A stretch of 64,000 nt of DNA, taken from assembly GCF_050920415.1 (NCBI RefSeq), contig NZ_CP169309.1; one strand, given 5' to 3'. The stretch is from Escherichia coli (GTDB lineage: Bacteria; Pseudomonadota; Gammaproteobacteria; Enterobacterales; Enterobacteriaceae). Position 1 is the stretch's first letter. Each line of letters begins with the position of its first letter. A program made the position numbers and the translations under genes. Shown here piece after piece: positions 22,346 through 34,649 of the stretch. The notes below the pieces were generated by a model. The model worked only from the letters and a program-made list of their open reading frames with translations, did no database searches and had not been told where the DNA came from.

Positions 22346-23464
22346 ATGACTGGAGATAACACCCTCATCCATTCTCACGGCATTAACCGTCGTGATTTCA
22401 TGAAGCTTTGTGCAGCATTAGCCGCCACCATGGGGTTAAGTAGCAAAGCCGCTGCAGAGATGGCCGAATCGGTTACTAACCCGCAGCGTCCGCCAGTTAT
22501 CTGGATTGGCGCGCAGGAGTGCACCGGTTGTACGGAATCTCTGCTTCGTGCAACGCATCCAACGGTAGAAAACCTCGTGCTGGAGACTATCTCTCTGGAG
22601 TATCACGAAGTGCTTTCCGCCGCCTTCGGTCATCAGGTCGAAGAGAACAAACATAACGCTCTCGAGAAGTACAAAGGGCAGTATGTGTTAGTGGTGGATG
22701 GCTCCATCCCATTAAAAGATAATGGTATTTATTGCATGGTTGCCGGTGAGCCGATTGTGGATCACATCCGCAAAGCGGCGGAAGGCGCAGCAGCCATTAT
22801 CGCTATCGGTTCCTGCTCTGCGTGGGGCGGTGTTGCCGCAGCTGGAGTTAACCCAACTGGCGCAGTCAGCCTGCAAGAAGTTCTACCGGGCAAAACCGTT
22901 ATCAACATTCCAGGTTGCCCGCCGAACCCGCACAACTTCCTCGCGACCGTTGCGCACATCATCACTTACGGCAAACCGCCGAAACTGGATGACAAAAACC
23001 GTCCGACTTTCGCCTATGGCCGTCTGATTCACGAACACTGCGAACGCCGCCCGCACTTCGATGCTGGTCGTTTTGCCAAAGAGTTCGGTGATGAAGGCCA
23101 CCGCGAAGGCTGGTGCCTGTACCACCTCGGCTGTAAAGGGCCAGAAACTTACGGCAACTGCTCAACGCTGCAATTCTGCGATGTTGGTGGTGTGTGGCCG
23201 GTGGCGATTGGTCACCCGTGCTATGGCTGTAACGAAGAAGGTATCGGCTTCCATAAAGGCATCCATCAGCTTGCCAACGTCGAAAACCAGACTCCGCGTT
23301 CGCAGAAACCGGATGTTAACGCTAAAGAGGGCGGCAACGTCTCTGCGGGCGCTATCGGTTTGCTCGGCGGTGTGGTTGGGCTGGTTGCCGGTGTCAGCGT
23401 GATGGCGGTGCGTGAACTGGGTCGTCAGCAAAAGAAAGATAACGCTGACTCACGGGGAGAATAA
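22346..23464 (+). CDS. hybO: Hydrogenase-2 small subunit
   Basis: 372-aa ORF; Tat signal (RRDFMK); NiFe hydrogenase small-subunit cysteine motifs. Confidence 0.93.
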   Translation: MTGDNTLIHSHGINRRDFMKLCAALAATMGLSSKAAAEMAESVTNPQRPPVIWIGAQECTGCTESLLRATHPTVENLVLETISLEYHEVLSAAFGHQVEENKHNALEKYKGQYVLVVDGSIPLKDNGIYCMVAGEPIVDHIRKAAEGAAAIIAIGSCSAWGGVAAAGVNPTGAVSLQEVLPGKTVINIPGCPPNPHNFLATVAHIITYGKPPKLDDKNRPTFAYGRLIHEHCERRPHFDAGRFAKEFGDEGHREGWCLYHLGCKGPETYGNCSTLQFCDVGGVWPVAIGHPCYGCNEEGIGFHKGIHQLANVENQTPRSQKPDVNAKEGGNVSAGAIGLLGGVVGLVAGVSVMAVRELGRQQKKDNADSRGE

Positions 23465-23466
23465 CC

Positions 23467-24453
23467 GTGAACAGACGTAATTTTATTAAAGCAGCCTCCT
23501 GCGGCGCATTGCTGACGGGCGCGTTGCCGTCTGTCAGTCATGCGGCTGCTGAAAACCGCCCGCCAATTCCGGGATCGCTGGGGATGTTGTACGACTCGAC
23601 GCTGTGCGTAGGCTGCCAGGCTTGCGTCACTAAGTGTCAGGATATCAACTTCCCTGAACGTAACCCACAAGGGGAACAGACCTGGTCGAATAACGACAAA
23701 CTGTCGCCGTACACCAATAACATTATCCAGGTGTGGACCAGCGGCACGGGAGTCAACAAAGACCAGGAAGAGAACGGCTATGCGTACATTAAGAAACAGT
23801 GTATGCACTGCGTCGATCCGAACTGTGTCTCAGTGTGCCCGGTTTCTGCGCTGAAAAAAGATCCGAAAACCGGCATTGTCCATTACGACAAAGATGTGTG
23901 CACCGGCTGCCGTTACTGCATGGTTGCCTGTCCGTACAACGTGCCGAAGTACGACTACAACAACCCGTTTGGTGCGCTGCATAAGTGTGAGCTTTGCAAC
24001 CAGAAAGGTGTGGAACGTCTTGATAAAGGCGGTCTGCCTGGCTGCGTAGAAGTGTGCCCGGCGGGCGCGGTGATTTTTGGTACGCGTGAAGAGCTGATGG
24101 CGGAGGCGAAAAAACGTCTGGCGCTGAAGCCTGGCAGCGAATACCACTATCCACGTCAGACGCTGAAATCTGGCGACACTTACCTGCACACAGTGCCGAA
24201 ATATTATCCGCATCTGTACGGCGAGAAAGAGGGCGGTGGTACTCAGGTTCTGGTACTGACGGGTGTGCCTTATGAAAATCTCGACCTGCCGAAACTGGAC
24301 GATCTTTCTACTGGTGCGCGTTCCGAACATGTTCAACACACCCTGTATAAAGGCATGATGCTACCACTGGCTGTGCTGGCGGGCTTAACCGTGCTGGTTC
24401 GTCGCAACACCAAAAACGACCATCACGACGGAGGAGACGATCATGAGTCATGA
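23467..24453 (+). CDS. hybA: Hydrogenase-2 ferredoxin-type 4Fe-4S subunit
   Basis: 328-aa ORF (GTG start); multiple CxxCxxCxxxCP ferredoxin motifs. Confidence 0.93.
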   Translation: MNRRNFIKAASCGALLTGALPSVSHAAAENRPPIPGSLGMLYDSTLCVGCQACVTKCQDINFPERNPQGEQTWSNNDKLSPYTNNIIQVWTSGTGVNKDQEENGYAYIKKQCMHCVDPNCVSVCPVSALKKDPKTGIVHYDKDVCTGCRYCMVACPYNVPKYDYNNPFGALHKCELCNQKGVERLDKGGLPGCVEVCPAGAVIFGTREELMAEAKKRLALKPGSEYHYPRQTLKSGDTYLHTVPKYYPHLYGEKEGGGTQVLVLTGVPYENLDLPKLDDLSTGARSEHVQHTLYKGMMLPLAVLAGLTVLVRRNTKNDHHDGGDDHES

Positions 24454-25621
24454 TCCACAACCGCTGGGCGGCAAAATCATCAGTAAACCGGTCATGATTT
24501 TTGGACCGTTAATCGTCATCTGTATGCTCCTGATTGTGAAGCGTCTGGTGTTCGGTCTGGGCTCTGTCTCTGACCTGAACGGCGGCTTCCCGTGGGGCGT
24601 GTGGATCGCGTTTGACCTGCTGATCGGCACCGGCTTTGCCTGTGGCGGCTGGGCGCTGGCGTGGGCGGTATACGTCTTTAATCGTGGGCAATACCATCCG
24701 CTGGTGCGTCCGGCACTGTTGGCAAGTCTGTTTGGTTACTCACTGGGTGGCTTGTCGATCACTATCGACGTGGGTCGCTACTGGAACCTGCCGTACTTCT
24801 ACATTCCGGGTCACTTCAACGTGAACTCGGTACTGTTCGAGACGGCGGTCTGTATGACCATCTACATCGGCGTGATGGCACTGGAGTTTGCTCCGGCACT
24901 GTTTGAACGTCTGGGCTGGAAAGTGTCGCTCAAGCGTCTGAACAAGGTGATGTTCTTCATCATCGCGCTCGGCGCGCTGCTGCCAACTATGCACCAGTCT
25001 TCAATGGGGTCGCTGATGATCTCGGCGGGCTACAAGGTGCATCCGCTGTGGCAAAGCTATGAAATGTTGCCGCTGTTCTCGCTGTTGACGGCGTTCATCA
25101 TGGGCTTCTCGATTGTCATCTTTGAAGGTTCGCTGGTGCAGGCGGGTCTGCGTGGCAACGGTCCGGATGAAAAGAGCCTGTTCGTCAAACTGACTAACAC
25201 CATCAGTGTGTTGCTGGCGATTTTCATCGTGTTGCGCTTTGGCGAGCTGATCTATCGCGACAAGCTGTCGTTAGCGTTTGCCGGTGACTTCTACTCCGTG
25301 ATGTTCTGGATTGAAGTCCTGCTGATGCTCTTCCCGCTGGTTGTTCTGCGTGTGGCGAAGCTGCGTAATGATTCCCGCATGCTGTTCCTGTCAGCACTGA
25401 GCGCACTGTTAGGTTGTGCAACCTGGCGTCTGACCTATTCGCTGGTGGCATTCAACCCGGGCGGTGGTTACGCCTACTTCCCGACCTGGGAAGAACTGTT
25501 GATTTCTATTGGTTTTGTGGCTATTGAGATTTGCGCTTACATCGTACTCATTCGTCTACTGCCGATACTTCCTCCTTTAAAACAAAACGATCATAATCGT
25601 CATGAGGCGAGCAAAGCATGA
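24443..25621 (+). CDS. hybB: Hydrogenase-2 integral membrane subunit
   Basis: 392-aa polytopic membrane ORF; overlaps hybA stop. Confidence 0.92.
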   Translation: MSHDPQPLGGKIISKPVMIFGPLIVICMLLIVKRLVFGLGSVSDLNGGFPWGVWIAFDLLIGTGFACGGWALAWAVYVFNRGQYHPLVRPALLASLFGYSLGGLSITIDVGRYWNLPYFYIPGHFNVNSVLFETAVCMTIYIGVMALEFAPALFERLGWKVSLKRLNKVMFFIIALGALLPTMHQSSMGSLMISAGYKVHPLWQSYEMLPLFSLLTAFIMGFSIVIFEGSLVQAGLRGNGPDEKSLFVKLTNTISVLLAIFIVLRFGELIYRDKLSLAFAGDFYSVMFWIEVLLMLFPLVVLRVAKLRNDSRMLFLSALSALLGCATWRLTYSLVAFNPGGGYAYFPTWEELLISIGFVAIEICAYIVLIRLLPILPPLKQNDHNRHEASKA

Positions 25622-27321
25622 GCCAGAGAATTACTATTGATCCGGTAACCCGAATTGAAGGGCATTTACGCATCGATTGCGAAATCGAAAATGGCGTCGT
25701 TTCGAAAGCATGGGCTTCCGGTACCATGTGGCGCGGCATGGAAGAGATCGTGAAAAACCGCGATCCGCGCGATGCATGGATGATTGTGCAACGTATCTGT
25801 GGCGTATGTACTACCACTCACGCGCTGTCTTCTGTCCGTGCGGCAGAGAGTGCGCTGAATATCGACGTTCCGGTTAACGCGCAATACATCCGTAACATCA
25901 TTCTGGCTGCGCACACCACGCATGACCATATCGTTCATTTCTATCAGCTTTCGGCGCTGGACTGGGTGGACATCACTTCTGCACTGCAAGCTGATCCAAC
26001 CAAAGCCTCCGAAATGCTGAAAGGCGTTTCGACCTGGCATCTGAACAGCCCGGAAGAGTTCACTAAAGTTCAGAACAAGATCAAAGATCTGGTTGCCAGC
26101 GGTCAGTTGGGTATTTTCGCTAATGGCTACTGGGGGCACCCGGCAATGAAACTGCCGCCGGAAGTGAACCTGATTGCGGTAGCGCACTACCTGCAGGCGC
26201 TGGAGTGCCAGCGTGACGCTAACCGCGTCGTGGCGCTGCTGGGCGGTAAAACGCCGCACATTCAGAACCTGGCGGTAGGCGGTGTCGCGAACCCAATCAA
26301 CCTCGACGGTTTGGGCGTGCTGAACCTTGAGCGCCTGATGTACATCAAGTCTTTCATCGACAAACTGAGCGACTTTGTTGAGCAGGTTTACAAGGTTGAT
26401 ACCGCAGTTATCGCCGCGTTCTACCCGGAATGGCTGACGCGCGGTAAAGGTGCGGTGAACTACCTGAGCGTGCCGGAATTCCCGACCGACAGCAAAAATG
26501 GTAGCTTCCTGTTCCCGGGCGGCTACATCCAGAATGCCGATCTGTCGACTTACCGTCCGATCACTTCTCATTCCGATGAATACCTGATCAAAGGGATTCA
26601 GGAAAGCGCGAAGCACTCCTGGTATAAAGACGAAGCGCCGCAGGCACCGTGGGAAGGTACCACCATTCCGGCTTACGACGGTTGGTCTGACGACGGTAAA
26701 TATTCCTGGGTGAAATCACCGACTTTCTACGGCAAAACGGTAGAAGTGGGTCCGCTGGCTAACATGCTGGTGAAACTGGCGGCAGGTCGCGAATCTACCC
26801 AAAACAAACTGAATGAAATCGTTGCGATTTATCAGAAACTGACTGGCAACACGCTGGAAGTGGCGCAGCTGCACTCCACGCTGGGCCGTATCATTGGTCG
26901 TACCGTTCACTGCTGCGAATTGCAGGATATCCTGCAAAATCAATACAGTGCACTGATCACCAATATCGGCAAAGGCGATCACACCACCTTTGTTAAGCCG
27001 AACATTCCGGCAACGGGTGAGTTCAAAGGCGTTGGCTTCCTTGAAGCACCGCGCGGTATGCTCTCTCACTGGATGGTGATCAAAGACGGTATTATCAGTA
27101 ACTACCAGGCAGTTGTTCCATCAACCTGGAACTCTGGCCCGCGTAACTTCAATGACGACGTTGGTCCTTACGAACAGTCGCTGGTGGGCACGCCGGTTGC
27201 TGATCCGAATAAACCGCTGGAAGTGGTGCGAACCATTCACTCCTTTGACCCGTGCATGGCCTGTGCGGTACACGTAGTGGATGCCGACGGCAACGAAGTG
27301 GTTTCAGTGAAGGTACTGTAA
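25618..27321 (+). CDS. hybC: Hydrogenase-2 large (NiFe) subunit
   Basis: 567-aa ORF; RICGVCT N-terminal and DPCMACAVH C-terminal Ni-binding motifs. Confidence 0.95.
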   Translation: MSQRITIDPVTRIEGHLRIDCEIENGVVSKAWASGTMWRGMEEIVKNRDPRDAWMIVQRICGVCTTTHALSSVRAAESALNIDVPVNAQYIRNIILAAHTTHDHIVHFYQLSALDWVDITSALQADPTKASEMLKGVSTWHLNSPEEFTKVQNKIKDLVASGQLGIFANGYWGHPAMKLPPEVNLIAVAHYLQALECQRDANRVVALLGGKTPHIQNLAVGGVANPINLDGLGVLNLERLMYIKSFIDKLSDFVEQVYKVDTAVIAAFYPEWLTRGKGAVNYLSVPEFPTDSKNGSFLFPGGYIQNADLSTYRPITSHSDEYLIKGIQESAKHSWYKDEAPQAPWEGTTIPAYDGWSDDGKYSWVKSPTFYGKTVEVGPLANMLVKLAAGRESTQNKLNEIVAIYQKLTGNTLEVAQLHSTLGRIIGRTVHCCELQDILQNQYSALITNIGKGDHTTFVKPNIPATGEFKGVGFLEAPRGMLSHWMVIKDGIISNYQAVVPSTWNSGPRNFNDDVGPYEQSLVGTPVADPNKPLEVVRTIHSFDPCMACAVHVVDADGNEVVSVKVL

Positions 27322-27815
27322 TGCGTATTTTAGTCTTAGGGGTTGGCAATATTTTGCTGACCGATGAAGCCATCGGTGTGCGGATTGTCGAAGCGTTAGA
27401 GCAACGATACATTCTGCCGGATTATGTTGAGATCCTCGATGGCGGCACGGCGGGAATGGAGCTGCTTGGCGACATGGCAAATCGCGATCATCTGATTATC
27501 GCCGATGCCATTGTGTCGAAAAAGAACGCGCCGGGAACGATGATGATCCTGCGGGATGAAGAAGTTCCGGCGTTGTTTACCAACAAAATCTCTCCGCATC
27601 AGCTTGGCCTGGCTGACGTATTGTCGGCCCTGCGCTTCACCGGCGAGTTTCCGAAAAAGCTGACCCTGGTCGGCGTGATCCCGGAATCGCTGGAGCCGCA
27701 CATCGGCTTGACGCCGACGGTCGAAGCGATGATTGAACCTGCGCTTGAGCAGGTTCTGGTTGCGCTGCGCGAATCAGGCGTGGAAGCCATCCCACGGGAG
27801 GCGACTCATGAATGA
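27321..27815 (+). CDS. hybD: Hydrogenase-2 maturation endopeptidase
   Basis: Start at TAATG overlap with hybC (MRILVLGVGN); 164 aa. Confidence 0.9.
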   Translation: MRILVLGVGNILLTDEAIGVRIVEALEQRYILPDYVEILDGGTAGMELLGDMANRDHLIIADAIVSKKNAPGTMMILRDEEVPALFTNKISPHQLGLADVLSALRFTGEFPKKLTLVGVIPESLEPHIGLTPTVEAMIEPALEQVLVALRESGVEAIPREATHE

Positions 27816-28296
27816 AGAGATAGCAGGTTTTCAGACCTCCCCGAAGGCGCAAGTACAGGCAGCGTTTGAAGAAATTGCCCGGCGTTCGATGCACGATCTC
27901 TCTTTTCTGCATCCTTCAATGCCGGTGTATGTTTCTGACTTTACGCTGTTCGAAGGTCAGTGGACGGGGTGTGTGATCACCCCGTGGATGCTGAGTGCAG
28001 TTATCTTCCCCGGCCCGGATCAACTCTGGCCGCTGCGCAAAGTGAGTGAAAAAATCGGTCTGCAACTGCCGTATGGCACCATGACCTTTACCGTTGGCGA
28101 ACTGGACGGTGTTTCGCAATATCTCTCCTGCTCGCTGATGTCGCCGCTTTCGCACAGCATGTCGATTGAAGAGGGCCAACGGCTGACGGATGACTGCGCG
28201 CGGATGATCCTTTCGCTGCCGGTCACCAATCCGGATGTACCACACGCAGGGCGTCGTGCCCTGCTATTTGGCCGCAGGAGTGGCGAAAATGCATGA
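27808..28296 (+). CDS. hybE: Hydrogenase-2 operon chaperone HybE
   Basis: Start at internal Met (MNEEIAGFQ) giving 162 aa; operon position. Confidence 0.88.
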   Translation: MNEEIAGFQTSPKAQVQAAFEEIARRSMHDLSFLHPSMPVYVSDFTLFEGQWTGCVITPWMLSAVIFPGPDQLWPLRKVSEKIGLQLPYGTMTFTVGELDGVSQYLSCSLMSPLSHSMSIEEGQRLTDDCARMILSLPVTNPDVPHAGRRALLFGRRSGENA

Positions 28297-28630
28297 GTTG
28301 TCGCTTTGCCAAAGCGCCGTTGAAATTATCCAACGGCAGGCGGAGCAGCATGATGTTAAGCGCGTCACCGCCGTGTGGCTGGAAATTGGCGCGCTATCCT
28401 GCGTTGAGGAGAGCGCCGTCCGTTTTAGTTTTGAAATTGTCTGCCACGGAACGGTGGCGCAAGGGTGCGATTTACATATCGTCTATAAACCCGCCCAGGC
28501 CTGGTGCTGGGATTGTAGCCAGGTAGTGGAGATTCATCAGCACGATGCGCAATGCCCGCTCTGTCACGGTGAGCGGTTGCGCGTCGATACCGGCGATTCG
28601 CTAATCGTCAAAAGTATTGAAGTTGAATAA
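28289..28630 (+). CDS. hybF: Hydrogenase nickel-incorporation protein (HypA paralog)
   Basis: Start MHELSLCQ giving 113 aa; CxxC...CxxC zinc motif. Confidence 0.9.
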   Translation: MHELSLCQSAVEIIQRQAEQHDVKRVTAVWLEIGALSCVEESAVRFSFEIVCHGTVAQGCDLHIVYKPAQAWCWDCSQVVEIHQHDAQCPLCHGERLRVDTGDSLIVKSIEVE

Positions 28631-28642
28631 CCGGAGTTAACA

Positions 28643-28891
28643 ATGTGTATTGGCGTTCCAGGCCAGGTGCTGGCTGTCGGTGAAGATATTCACCAGCTTG
28701 CGCAGGTTGAAGTATGTGGTATCAAGCGCGACGTGAATATCGCCCTGATTTGTGAAGGTAATCCTGCCGATCTGCTGGGCCAGTGGGTACTGGTACACGT
28801 CGGATTTGCCATGAGCATCATCGACGAAGATGAAGCCAAAGCCACATTAGACGCACTGCGCCAAATGGATTACGACATTACCAGCGCGTGA
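28643..28891 (+). CDS. hybG: Hydrogenase maturation factor (HypC paralog)
   Basis: 82-aa ORF beginning MCIGVP. Confidence 0.9.
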
Positions 28892-28903
28892 TGATTAGCT
28901 TTT

Positions 28904-28990
28904 GTAGGCCTGATAAGACGCGGCTGCATCGCATCAGGCATTGTGCACGATTGCCGGATGCGGCGTGAACGCCTTATCCGGCCTGGATGG
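28904..28990. repeat. REP element cluster between hybG and yghU
   Basis: ggcctgataagacgcg...cgcatcaggc and gccggatgcggcgtgaacgccttatccggcc palindromic units. Confidence 0.6.
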
Positions 28991-29013
28991 CTTGCTGCGA
29001 CGAACACCAACCC

Positions 29014-29880
29014 TTACCCCTGACGCTTATCTTCCGTATTCGTCTCGAAATCACTGGCGTCATGGCGCTCATGCAACTGCTCATTCAGCGGTCCGTTGGT
29101 GCGGTTAACAATACGCCCACGCTTCACCGCCGGACGCTCGCCTACTTCTTTCGCCCAGCGTTGTACATGCTTATAACTGCCCGCATCAAGAAACTCTGCG
29201 GCATCATACACACCACCTAACACAACGTTGCCAAACCACGGCCAGATTGCCATATCCGCAATGGTGTACTCATCGCCCGCAACAAACTTATGCTGTGCCA
29301 GTTGCTTATCCAGCACGTCGAGCAGGCGCTTGGCTTCCATGGTAAAGCGGTTGATGGCGTATTCAATTTTCACCGGCGCGTAATGGTAAAAGTGACCAAA
29401 ACCACCGCCGAGGAACGGCGCGGCACCCTGTAACCAGAACAGCCAGTTCATTGCTTCAGTACGTTTCGCCAGATCCTGCGGCAGGAAGTAGCCAAATTTC
29501 TCCGCCAGATAAAGCAGAATCGATCCAGACTCAAACACGCGGATCGGCGGAGTATGGGTATGATCGCGTAGCGCCGGGATCTTCGAGTTTGGGTTCACTT
29601 CGACAAAGCCGCTGGAGAATTGATCGCCATCGCCAATACGAATCAGCCAGGCGTCGTACTCTGCACCAGTAACGCCCAGCGCCAGCAGCTCCTCAAGCAT
29701 AATTGTCACTTTCTGACCGTTTGGCGTGCCCAGAGAATAGAGCTGCAACGGGTGCTTGCCCACCGGCAGCGTTTTCTCATGCGTTGGACCAGAAACCGGG
29801 CGATTGATATTGGCGAACGCGCCGCCAGCGGATTTATCCCACGTCCAGACTTTCGCGGGCTGATAAGTATTGTCTGTCAT
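29014..29880 (-). CDS. yghU: Glutathione S-transferase-like disulfide reductase YghU
   Basis: Start moved to internal Met (MTDNTYQPAKV) giving 288 aa as in YghU. Confidence 0.9.
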   Translation of the reverse strand: MTDNTYQPAKVWTWDKSAGGAFANINRPVSGPTHEKTLPVGKHPLQLYSLGTPNGQKVTIMLEELLALGVTGAEYDAWLIRIGDGDQFSSGFVEVNPNSKIPALRDHTHTPPIRVFESGSILLYLAEKFGYFLPQDLAKRTEAMNWLFWLQGAAPFLGGGFGHFYHYAPVKIEYAINRFTMEAKRLLDVLDKQLAQHKFVAGDEYTIADMAIWPWFGNVVLGGVYDAAEFLDAGSYKHVQRWAKEVGERPAVKRGRIVNRTNGPLNEQLHERHDASDFETNTEDKRQG

Positions 29881-30084
29881 AGTGAGTTGCCTTCTGAGTG
29901 GTAGTGTTGAAGCAGTGTAGCAGGTCACTTGCTGTACAGAATGTGAATTTTTTAACCCTTTGCGCCAGCCGCTGCGATGAGGTGTATGATTAGTCTGACC
30001 TCTGTCCGGTTAATGTCGCTGAGCAGGTAATCAGAGCACAACAATTACGCCAACTGCTTAGGTTGTATTGTTAAAGGTAAAGTG

Positions 30085-31944
30085 ATGAGCAAAGGAACGA
30101 CCAGCCAGGATGCCCCGTTCGGGACATTATTGGGCTACGCCCCAGGTGGGGTAGCAATCTACTCTTCAGATTACAGTTCTCTCGATCCGCAGGAATACGA
30201 AGATGACGCCGTATTCCGTAGCTATATCGACGACGAATATATGGGCCACAAATGGCAATGCGTTGAATTTGCTCGCCGTTTTCTCTTTCTGAATTACGGT
30301 GTGGTCTTCACTGACGTGGGTATGGCGTGGGAGATTTTCTCGCTGCGCTTCCTGCGTGAAGTGGTTAATGACAACATCCTGCCATTGCAGGCATTTCCTA
30401 ACGGCTCGCCGCGTGCGCCGGTCGCGGGTGCGCTTCTTATCTGGGATAAAGGCGGTGAATTTAAAGACACTGGCCATGTCGCCATCATTACTCAATTGCA
30501 TGGCAACAAAGTCCGTATTGCGGAACAGAACGTGATTCATTCCCCGTTACCGCAAGGGCAACAGTGGACACGCGAGCTGGAGATGGTGGTCGAAAACGGC
30601 TGCTATACCCTTAAAGACACGTTTGATGACACCACCATTCTGGGCTGGATGATCCAGACGGAAGATACCGACTACAGCTTACCGCAGCCGGAAATTGCAG
30701 GCGAGCTGCTGAAAATCAGCGGAGCGCGTCTGGAAAACAAAGGTCAGTTTGACGGTAAATGGCTGGATGAAAAAGATCCGCTACAAAATGCCTACGTGCA
30801 GGCCAACGGTCAGGTGATCAATCAGGATCCGTATCATTACTACACCATTACCGAGAGCGCAGAGCAGGAGCTGATTAAAGCCACCAACGAGCTGCACCTG
30901 ATGTATCTTCACGCAACCGACAAGGTGCTAAAAGATGACAACCTGCTGGCGCTGTTCGACATTCCGAAAATCCTCTGGCCACGTTTGCGTCTCTCCTGGC
31001 AGCGTCGCCGTCACCATATGATCACCGGTCGTATGGATTTCTGCATGGACGAACGTGGCCTGAAGGTCTACGAATACAACGCCGATTCCGCCTCCTGTCA
31101 TACCGAAGCGGGCTTGATCCTCGAACGTTGGGCGGAGCAGGGCTATAAAGGCAACGGCTTCAATCCTGCGGAAGGGCTGATTAACGAACTGGCTGGTGCC
31201 TGGAAACACAGTCGTGCACGTCCGTTTGTCCATATCATGCAGGACAAAGATATCGAGGAAAACTATCACGCGCAGTTTATGGAGCAGGCGCTGCACCAGG
31301 CGGGCTTTGAAACGCGTATCTTGCGTGGGTTGGATGAACTGGGCTGGGATGCTGCCGGGCAACTGATTGATGGGGAAGGGCGACAGGTTAACTGTGTGTG
31401 GAAAACCTGGGCGTGGGAAACCGCGTTTGATCAGATTCGTGAAGTTAGCGACCGTGAGTTTGCTGCGGTGCCGATCCGTACCGGTCATCCGCAAAATGAA
31501 GTGCGTTTAATTGACGTATTGCTGCGCCCGGAAGTGCTGGTCTTTGAGCCGCTGTGGACGGTGATCCCCGGCAACAAAGCGATTCTGCCGATCCTCTGGT
31601 CGCTGTTCCCGCACCATCGTTACCTGCTGGATACCGATTTCTCCGTGAATGATGAACTGGTGAAAACCGGTTACGCCGTGAAGCCGATTGCCGGTCGCTG
31701 TGGCAGCAATATCGACCTTGTCAGCCATCATGAAGAGGTGCTGGACAAAACCAGCGGTAAATTTGCCGAGCAGAAAAACATTTACCAGCAACTGTGGTGC
31801 TTGCCGAAAGTGGACGGTAAATACATCCAGGTATGTACTTTCACCGTTGGCGGCAACTACGGCGGTACTTGCTTGCGCGGTGATGAATCACTGGTCATCA
31901 AAAAAGAGAGTGATATTGAACCGTTAATTGTGGTGAAAGAGTAA
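30085..31944 (+). CDS. gss: Bifunctional glutathionylspermidine synthetase/amidase
   Basis: 619 aa from second Met (MSKGTTSQD); length and synteny match Gss. Confidence 0.93.
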   Translation: MSKGTTSQDAPFGTLLGYAPGGVAIYSSDYSSLDPQEYEDDAVFRSYIDDEYMGHKWQCVEFARRFLFLNYGVVFTDVGMAWEIFSLRFLREVVNDNILPLQAFPNGSPRAPVAGALLIWDKGGEFKDTGHVAIITQLHGNKVRIAEQNVIHSPLPQGQQWTRELEMVVENGCYTLKDTFDDTTILGWMIQTEDTDYSLPQPEIAGELLKISGARLENKGQFDGKWLDEKDPLQNAYVQANGQVINQDPYHYYTITESAEQELIKATNELHLMYLHATDKVLKDDNLLALFDIPKILWPRLRLSWQRRRHHMITGRMDFCMDERGLKVYEYNADSASCHTEAGLILERWAEQGYKGNGFNPAEGLINELAGAWKHSRARPFVHIMQDKDIEENYHAQFMEQALHQAGFETRILRGLDELGWDAAGQLIDGEGRQVNCVWKTWAWETAFDQIREVSDREFAAVPIRTGHPQNEVRLIDVLLRPEVLVFEPLWTVIPGNKAILPILWSLFPHHRYLLDTDFSVNDELVKTGYAVKPIAGRCGSNIDLVSHHEEVLDKTSGKFAEQKNIYQQLWCLPKVDGKYIQVCTFTVGGNYGGTCLRGDESLVIKKESDIEPLIVVKE

Positions 31945-31959
31945 TACATGTTGTAGCAA

Positions 31960-31994
31960 CCCCGTACTGATTATGAAGAATAGTCAGTACGGGG
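31960..31994 (+). terminator. Hairpin downstream of gss
   Basis: 11-bp stem ccccgtactga / tcagtacgggg with 13-nt loop, followed by A/T-rich sequence. Confidence 0.4.
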
Positions 31995-32235
31995 ATTAAT
32001 CAAAATATTCAATATTTATATATTTCAATGTCTATTCATTTTATATGTGAATATATCAACCAGCAGAATACCTGTGTTCTAATTATTTTTAAATATTTTG
32101 AATGAATGCTTATTGTCTGATACACAAGAAATAACTCTCTTTTTATCGTTAAAAGATGATATTTCACTTTGCCCGCGCCGTGAAAGTCACTGATAATGCG
32201 TTCGTTCGTAAATTCAAAATGGCGTAATCTAATAT

Positions 32236-33735
32236 ATGCTAAATTTATTTGTTGGCCTTGATATATACACAGGGCTTTTGTTATTACTTGCTCTGGCATT
32301 TGTGTTGTTCTACGAAGCAATCAATGGTTTTCATGACACGGCGAATGCGGTGGCAACCGTTATTTATACTCGTGCCATGCAGCCACAGCTTGCCGTGGTG
32401 ATGGCGGCATTTTTTAACTTTTTTGGCGTATTGCTAGGCGGACTTAGCGTTGCCTATGCCATTGTCCATATGTTGCCAACCGATTTGTTGCTGAATATGG
32501 GGTCAACTCACGGCCTGGCGATGGTCTTTTCCATGCTGCTGGCGGCGATTATCTGGAACCTGGGAACGTGGTTCTTTGGTTTACCGGCCTCCAGTTCGCA
32601 TACCTTGATTGGTGCGATTATCGGCATCGGTTTAACCAACGCGCTTTTAACCGGCTCATCGGTGATGGATGCGTTAAACCTGCGTGAAGTGACCAAAATT
32701 TTCTCCTCGCTGATTGTTTCCCCTATCGTCGGCCTGGTCATTGCGGGAGGCCTGATATTCCTGCTGCGCCGCTACTGGAGCGGGACGAAAAAGCGTGACC
32801 GTATTCACCGCATTCCGGAAGATCGCAAAAAGAAAAAAGGCAAACGTAAGCCACCATTCTGGACGCGTATTGCGCTGATTGTTTCCGCTGCGGGCGTGGC
32901 GTTTTCGCACGGCGCGAACGACGGGCAGAAAGGGATCGGACTGGTGATGCTGGTACTGGTGGGGATTGCTCCTGCTGGTTTCGTCGTCAATATGAATGCG
33001 TCCGGCTATGAAATTACCCGTACCCGCGATGCCGTCACCAACTTTGAACACTATCTGCAACAGCATCCTGAACTGCCGCAGAAGTTGATTGCGATGGAAC
33101 CTCCATTGCCTGCGGCATCGACTGATGGCACGCAAGTAACGGAGTTTCATTGTCATCCGGCAAATACCTTTGATGCGATTGCGCGCGTTAAAACGATGTT
33201 GCCAGGTAATATGGAAAGCTACGAGCCGTTAAGCGTGAGTCAGCGCAGCCAGCTGCGCCGCATTATGCTGTGCATCTCTGATACCTCTGCGAAGCTGGCG
33301 AAACTGCCAGGCGTCAGTAAAGAAGATCAGAACCTGCTGAAAAAACTGCGCAGCGATATGTTAAGCACCATTGAGTACGCTCCGGTGTGGATCATCATGG
33401 CGGTAGCACTGGCGCTCGGCATTGGCACCATGATTGGCTGGCGTCGTGTAGCGATGACCATCGGTGAGAAGATTGGTAAGCGCGGCATGACGTATGCGCA
33501 AGGCATGGCGGCACAAATGACGGCGGCAGTGTCTATCGGCCTTGCCAGTTATATTGGGATGCCCGTCTCCACAACGCACGTCCTCTCGTCTGCGGTAGCA
33601 GGGACGATGGTGGTGGACGGCGGTGGGTTACAGCGTAAAACGGTAACCAGCATCCTGATGGCGTGGGTGTTTACTTTACCGGCGGCGATTTTTCTGTCTG
33701 GTGGGTTGTACTGGATAGCATTGCAGTTGATTTAA
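32236..33735 (+). CDS. pitB: Low-affinity inorganic phosphate transporter PitB
   Basis: 499-aa polytopic ORF; PiT family GANDGQKG motif; synteny. Confidence 0.92.
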   Translation: MLNLFVGLDIYTGLLLLLALAFVLFYEAINGFHDTANAVATVIYTRAMQPQLAVVMAAFFNFFGVLLGGLSVAYAIVHMLPTDLLLNMGSTHGLAMVFSMLLAAIIWNLGTWFFGLPASSSHTLIGAIIGIGLTNALLTGSSVMDALNLREVTKIFSSLIVSPIVGLVIAGGLIFLLRRYWSGTKKRDRIHRIPEDRKKKKGKRKPPFWTRIALIVSAAGVAFSHGANDGQKGIGLVMLVLVGIAPAGFVVNMNASGYEITRTRDAVTNFEHYLQQHPELPQKLIAMEPPLPAASTDGTQVTEFHCHPANTFDAIARVKTMLPGNMESYEPLSVSQRSQLRRIMLCISDTSAKLAKLPGVSKEDQNLLKKLRSDMLSTIEYAPVWIIMAVALALGIGTMIGWRRVAMTIGEKIGKRGMTYAQGMAAQMTAAVSIGLASYIGMPVSTTHVLSSAVAGTMVVDGGGLQRKTVTSILMAWVFTLPAAIFLSGGLYWIALQLI

Positions 33736-33744
33736 CCTTCCTGA

Positions 33745-33781
33745 AAATGCCCGGTCCTGACGATCGGGCATTTCCATTTTT
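33745..33781. terminator. Bidirectional rho-independent terminator between pitB and yghT
   Basis: 9-bp stem aaatgcccg / cgggcattt followed by T run. Confidence 0.6.
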
Positions 33782-33783
33782 GA

Positions 33784-34476
33784 CTAGTGATAACCACACG
33801 CGGTCATAAAATCCGTAATCGCTTTTTCTGCATCAACCAGCACCTTTTCCAGTGGCTGATTGGCGTCGATATCAACCAGTTGTGCACCACCAAAGGTTAA
33901 CTGTGGCGTTATGGCAATCTTTCTCGCCAGCGATTCCCGTTTATGGTCGGGTTTACGCGCGCAGGCAACTTCAAGGTCAACATTGAGTTTGATAACCAGA
34001 TCAGGCTTATGGCTCGCCATCCAGTGAAATGCTTTACGTTCCTGGCTTGCCAGCCATGAGACAAACCGGCCGCCTTCAACGTTAGGTGGGAACACCGTAC
34101 CATCGTAAGCGCCAGGAATTTGGTCCTGAGGATAACGATCGGTTAAGACAATCAGCCCGCGACGACGACAGGCGAGCATATGACGAAAGCGTAACAGTCG
34201 GCGGGCGACGAAAGCGGTGATCACCAGGGCCGGAACCGGACCCGGCAATTTTTTTGCCGTTTTCACTTCATTTTTTTCAATAGTCTTGTGCAGAGACTTT
34301 CCCATCAACGGTAATTTTGTCACTGCACGACCGACATTTCCGGCCTGTTTTCCTAAATGAACTCTTTCGGCAGCACCATATTTTTCGACAACGGTAATAA
34401 GATGTTCACACACCGTTGACTTGCCTGAACCATCGCTACCAATAACGGCAATTAATGGAGGTGTTATTGACTGCAT
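33784..34476 (-). CDS. yghT: P-loop kinase-like protein (Walker [14 protein letters not shown] motif; dTMP-kinase-like fold inferred)
   Basis: 230-aa ORF; paralogous to the next two genes. Confidence 0.85.
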   Translation of the reverse strand: MQSITPPLIAVIGSDGSGKSTVCEHLITVVEKYGAAERVHLGKQAGNVGRAVTKLPLMGKSLHKTIEKNEVKTAKKLPGPVPALVITAFVARRLLRFRHMLACRRRGLIVLTDRYPQDQIPGAYDGTVFPPNVEGGRFVSWLASQERKAFHWMASHKPDLVIKLNVDLEVACARKPDHKRESLARKIAITPQLTFGGAQLVDIDANQPLEKVLVDAEKAITDFMTACGYH

Positions 34477-34649
34477 GAATATATCCTTAAATTTAAATAT
34501 CCATCCAAAATATTTATTTGGTTAATATGTTTTTATGAAAGCGTAATTCAGGTCAATGTCACAATTAACCATTGTCACAATAAGGTTGAACGGATATTCT
34601 GAGCACGGACCACGTAATATTCAATACATTATTTGCTGCCGGGTTTTTC

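Noticed and set aside
25666-26616. 316-aa minus-strand ORF inside hybC
   Set aside because: Antisense to the hydrogenase large subunit gene; no independent support
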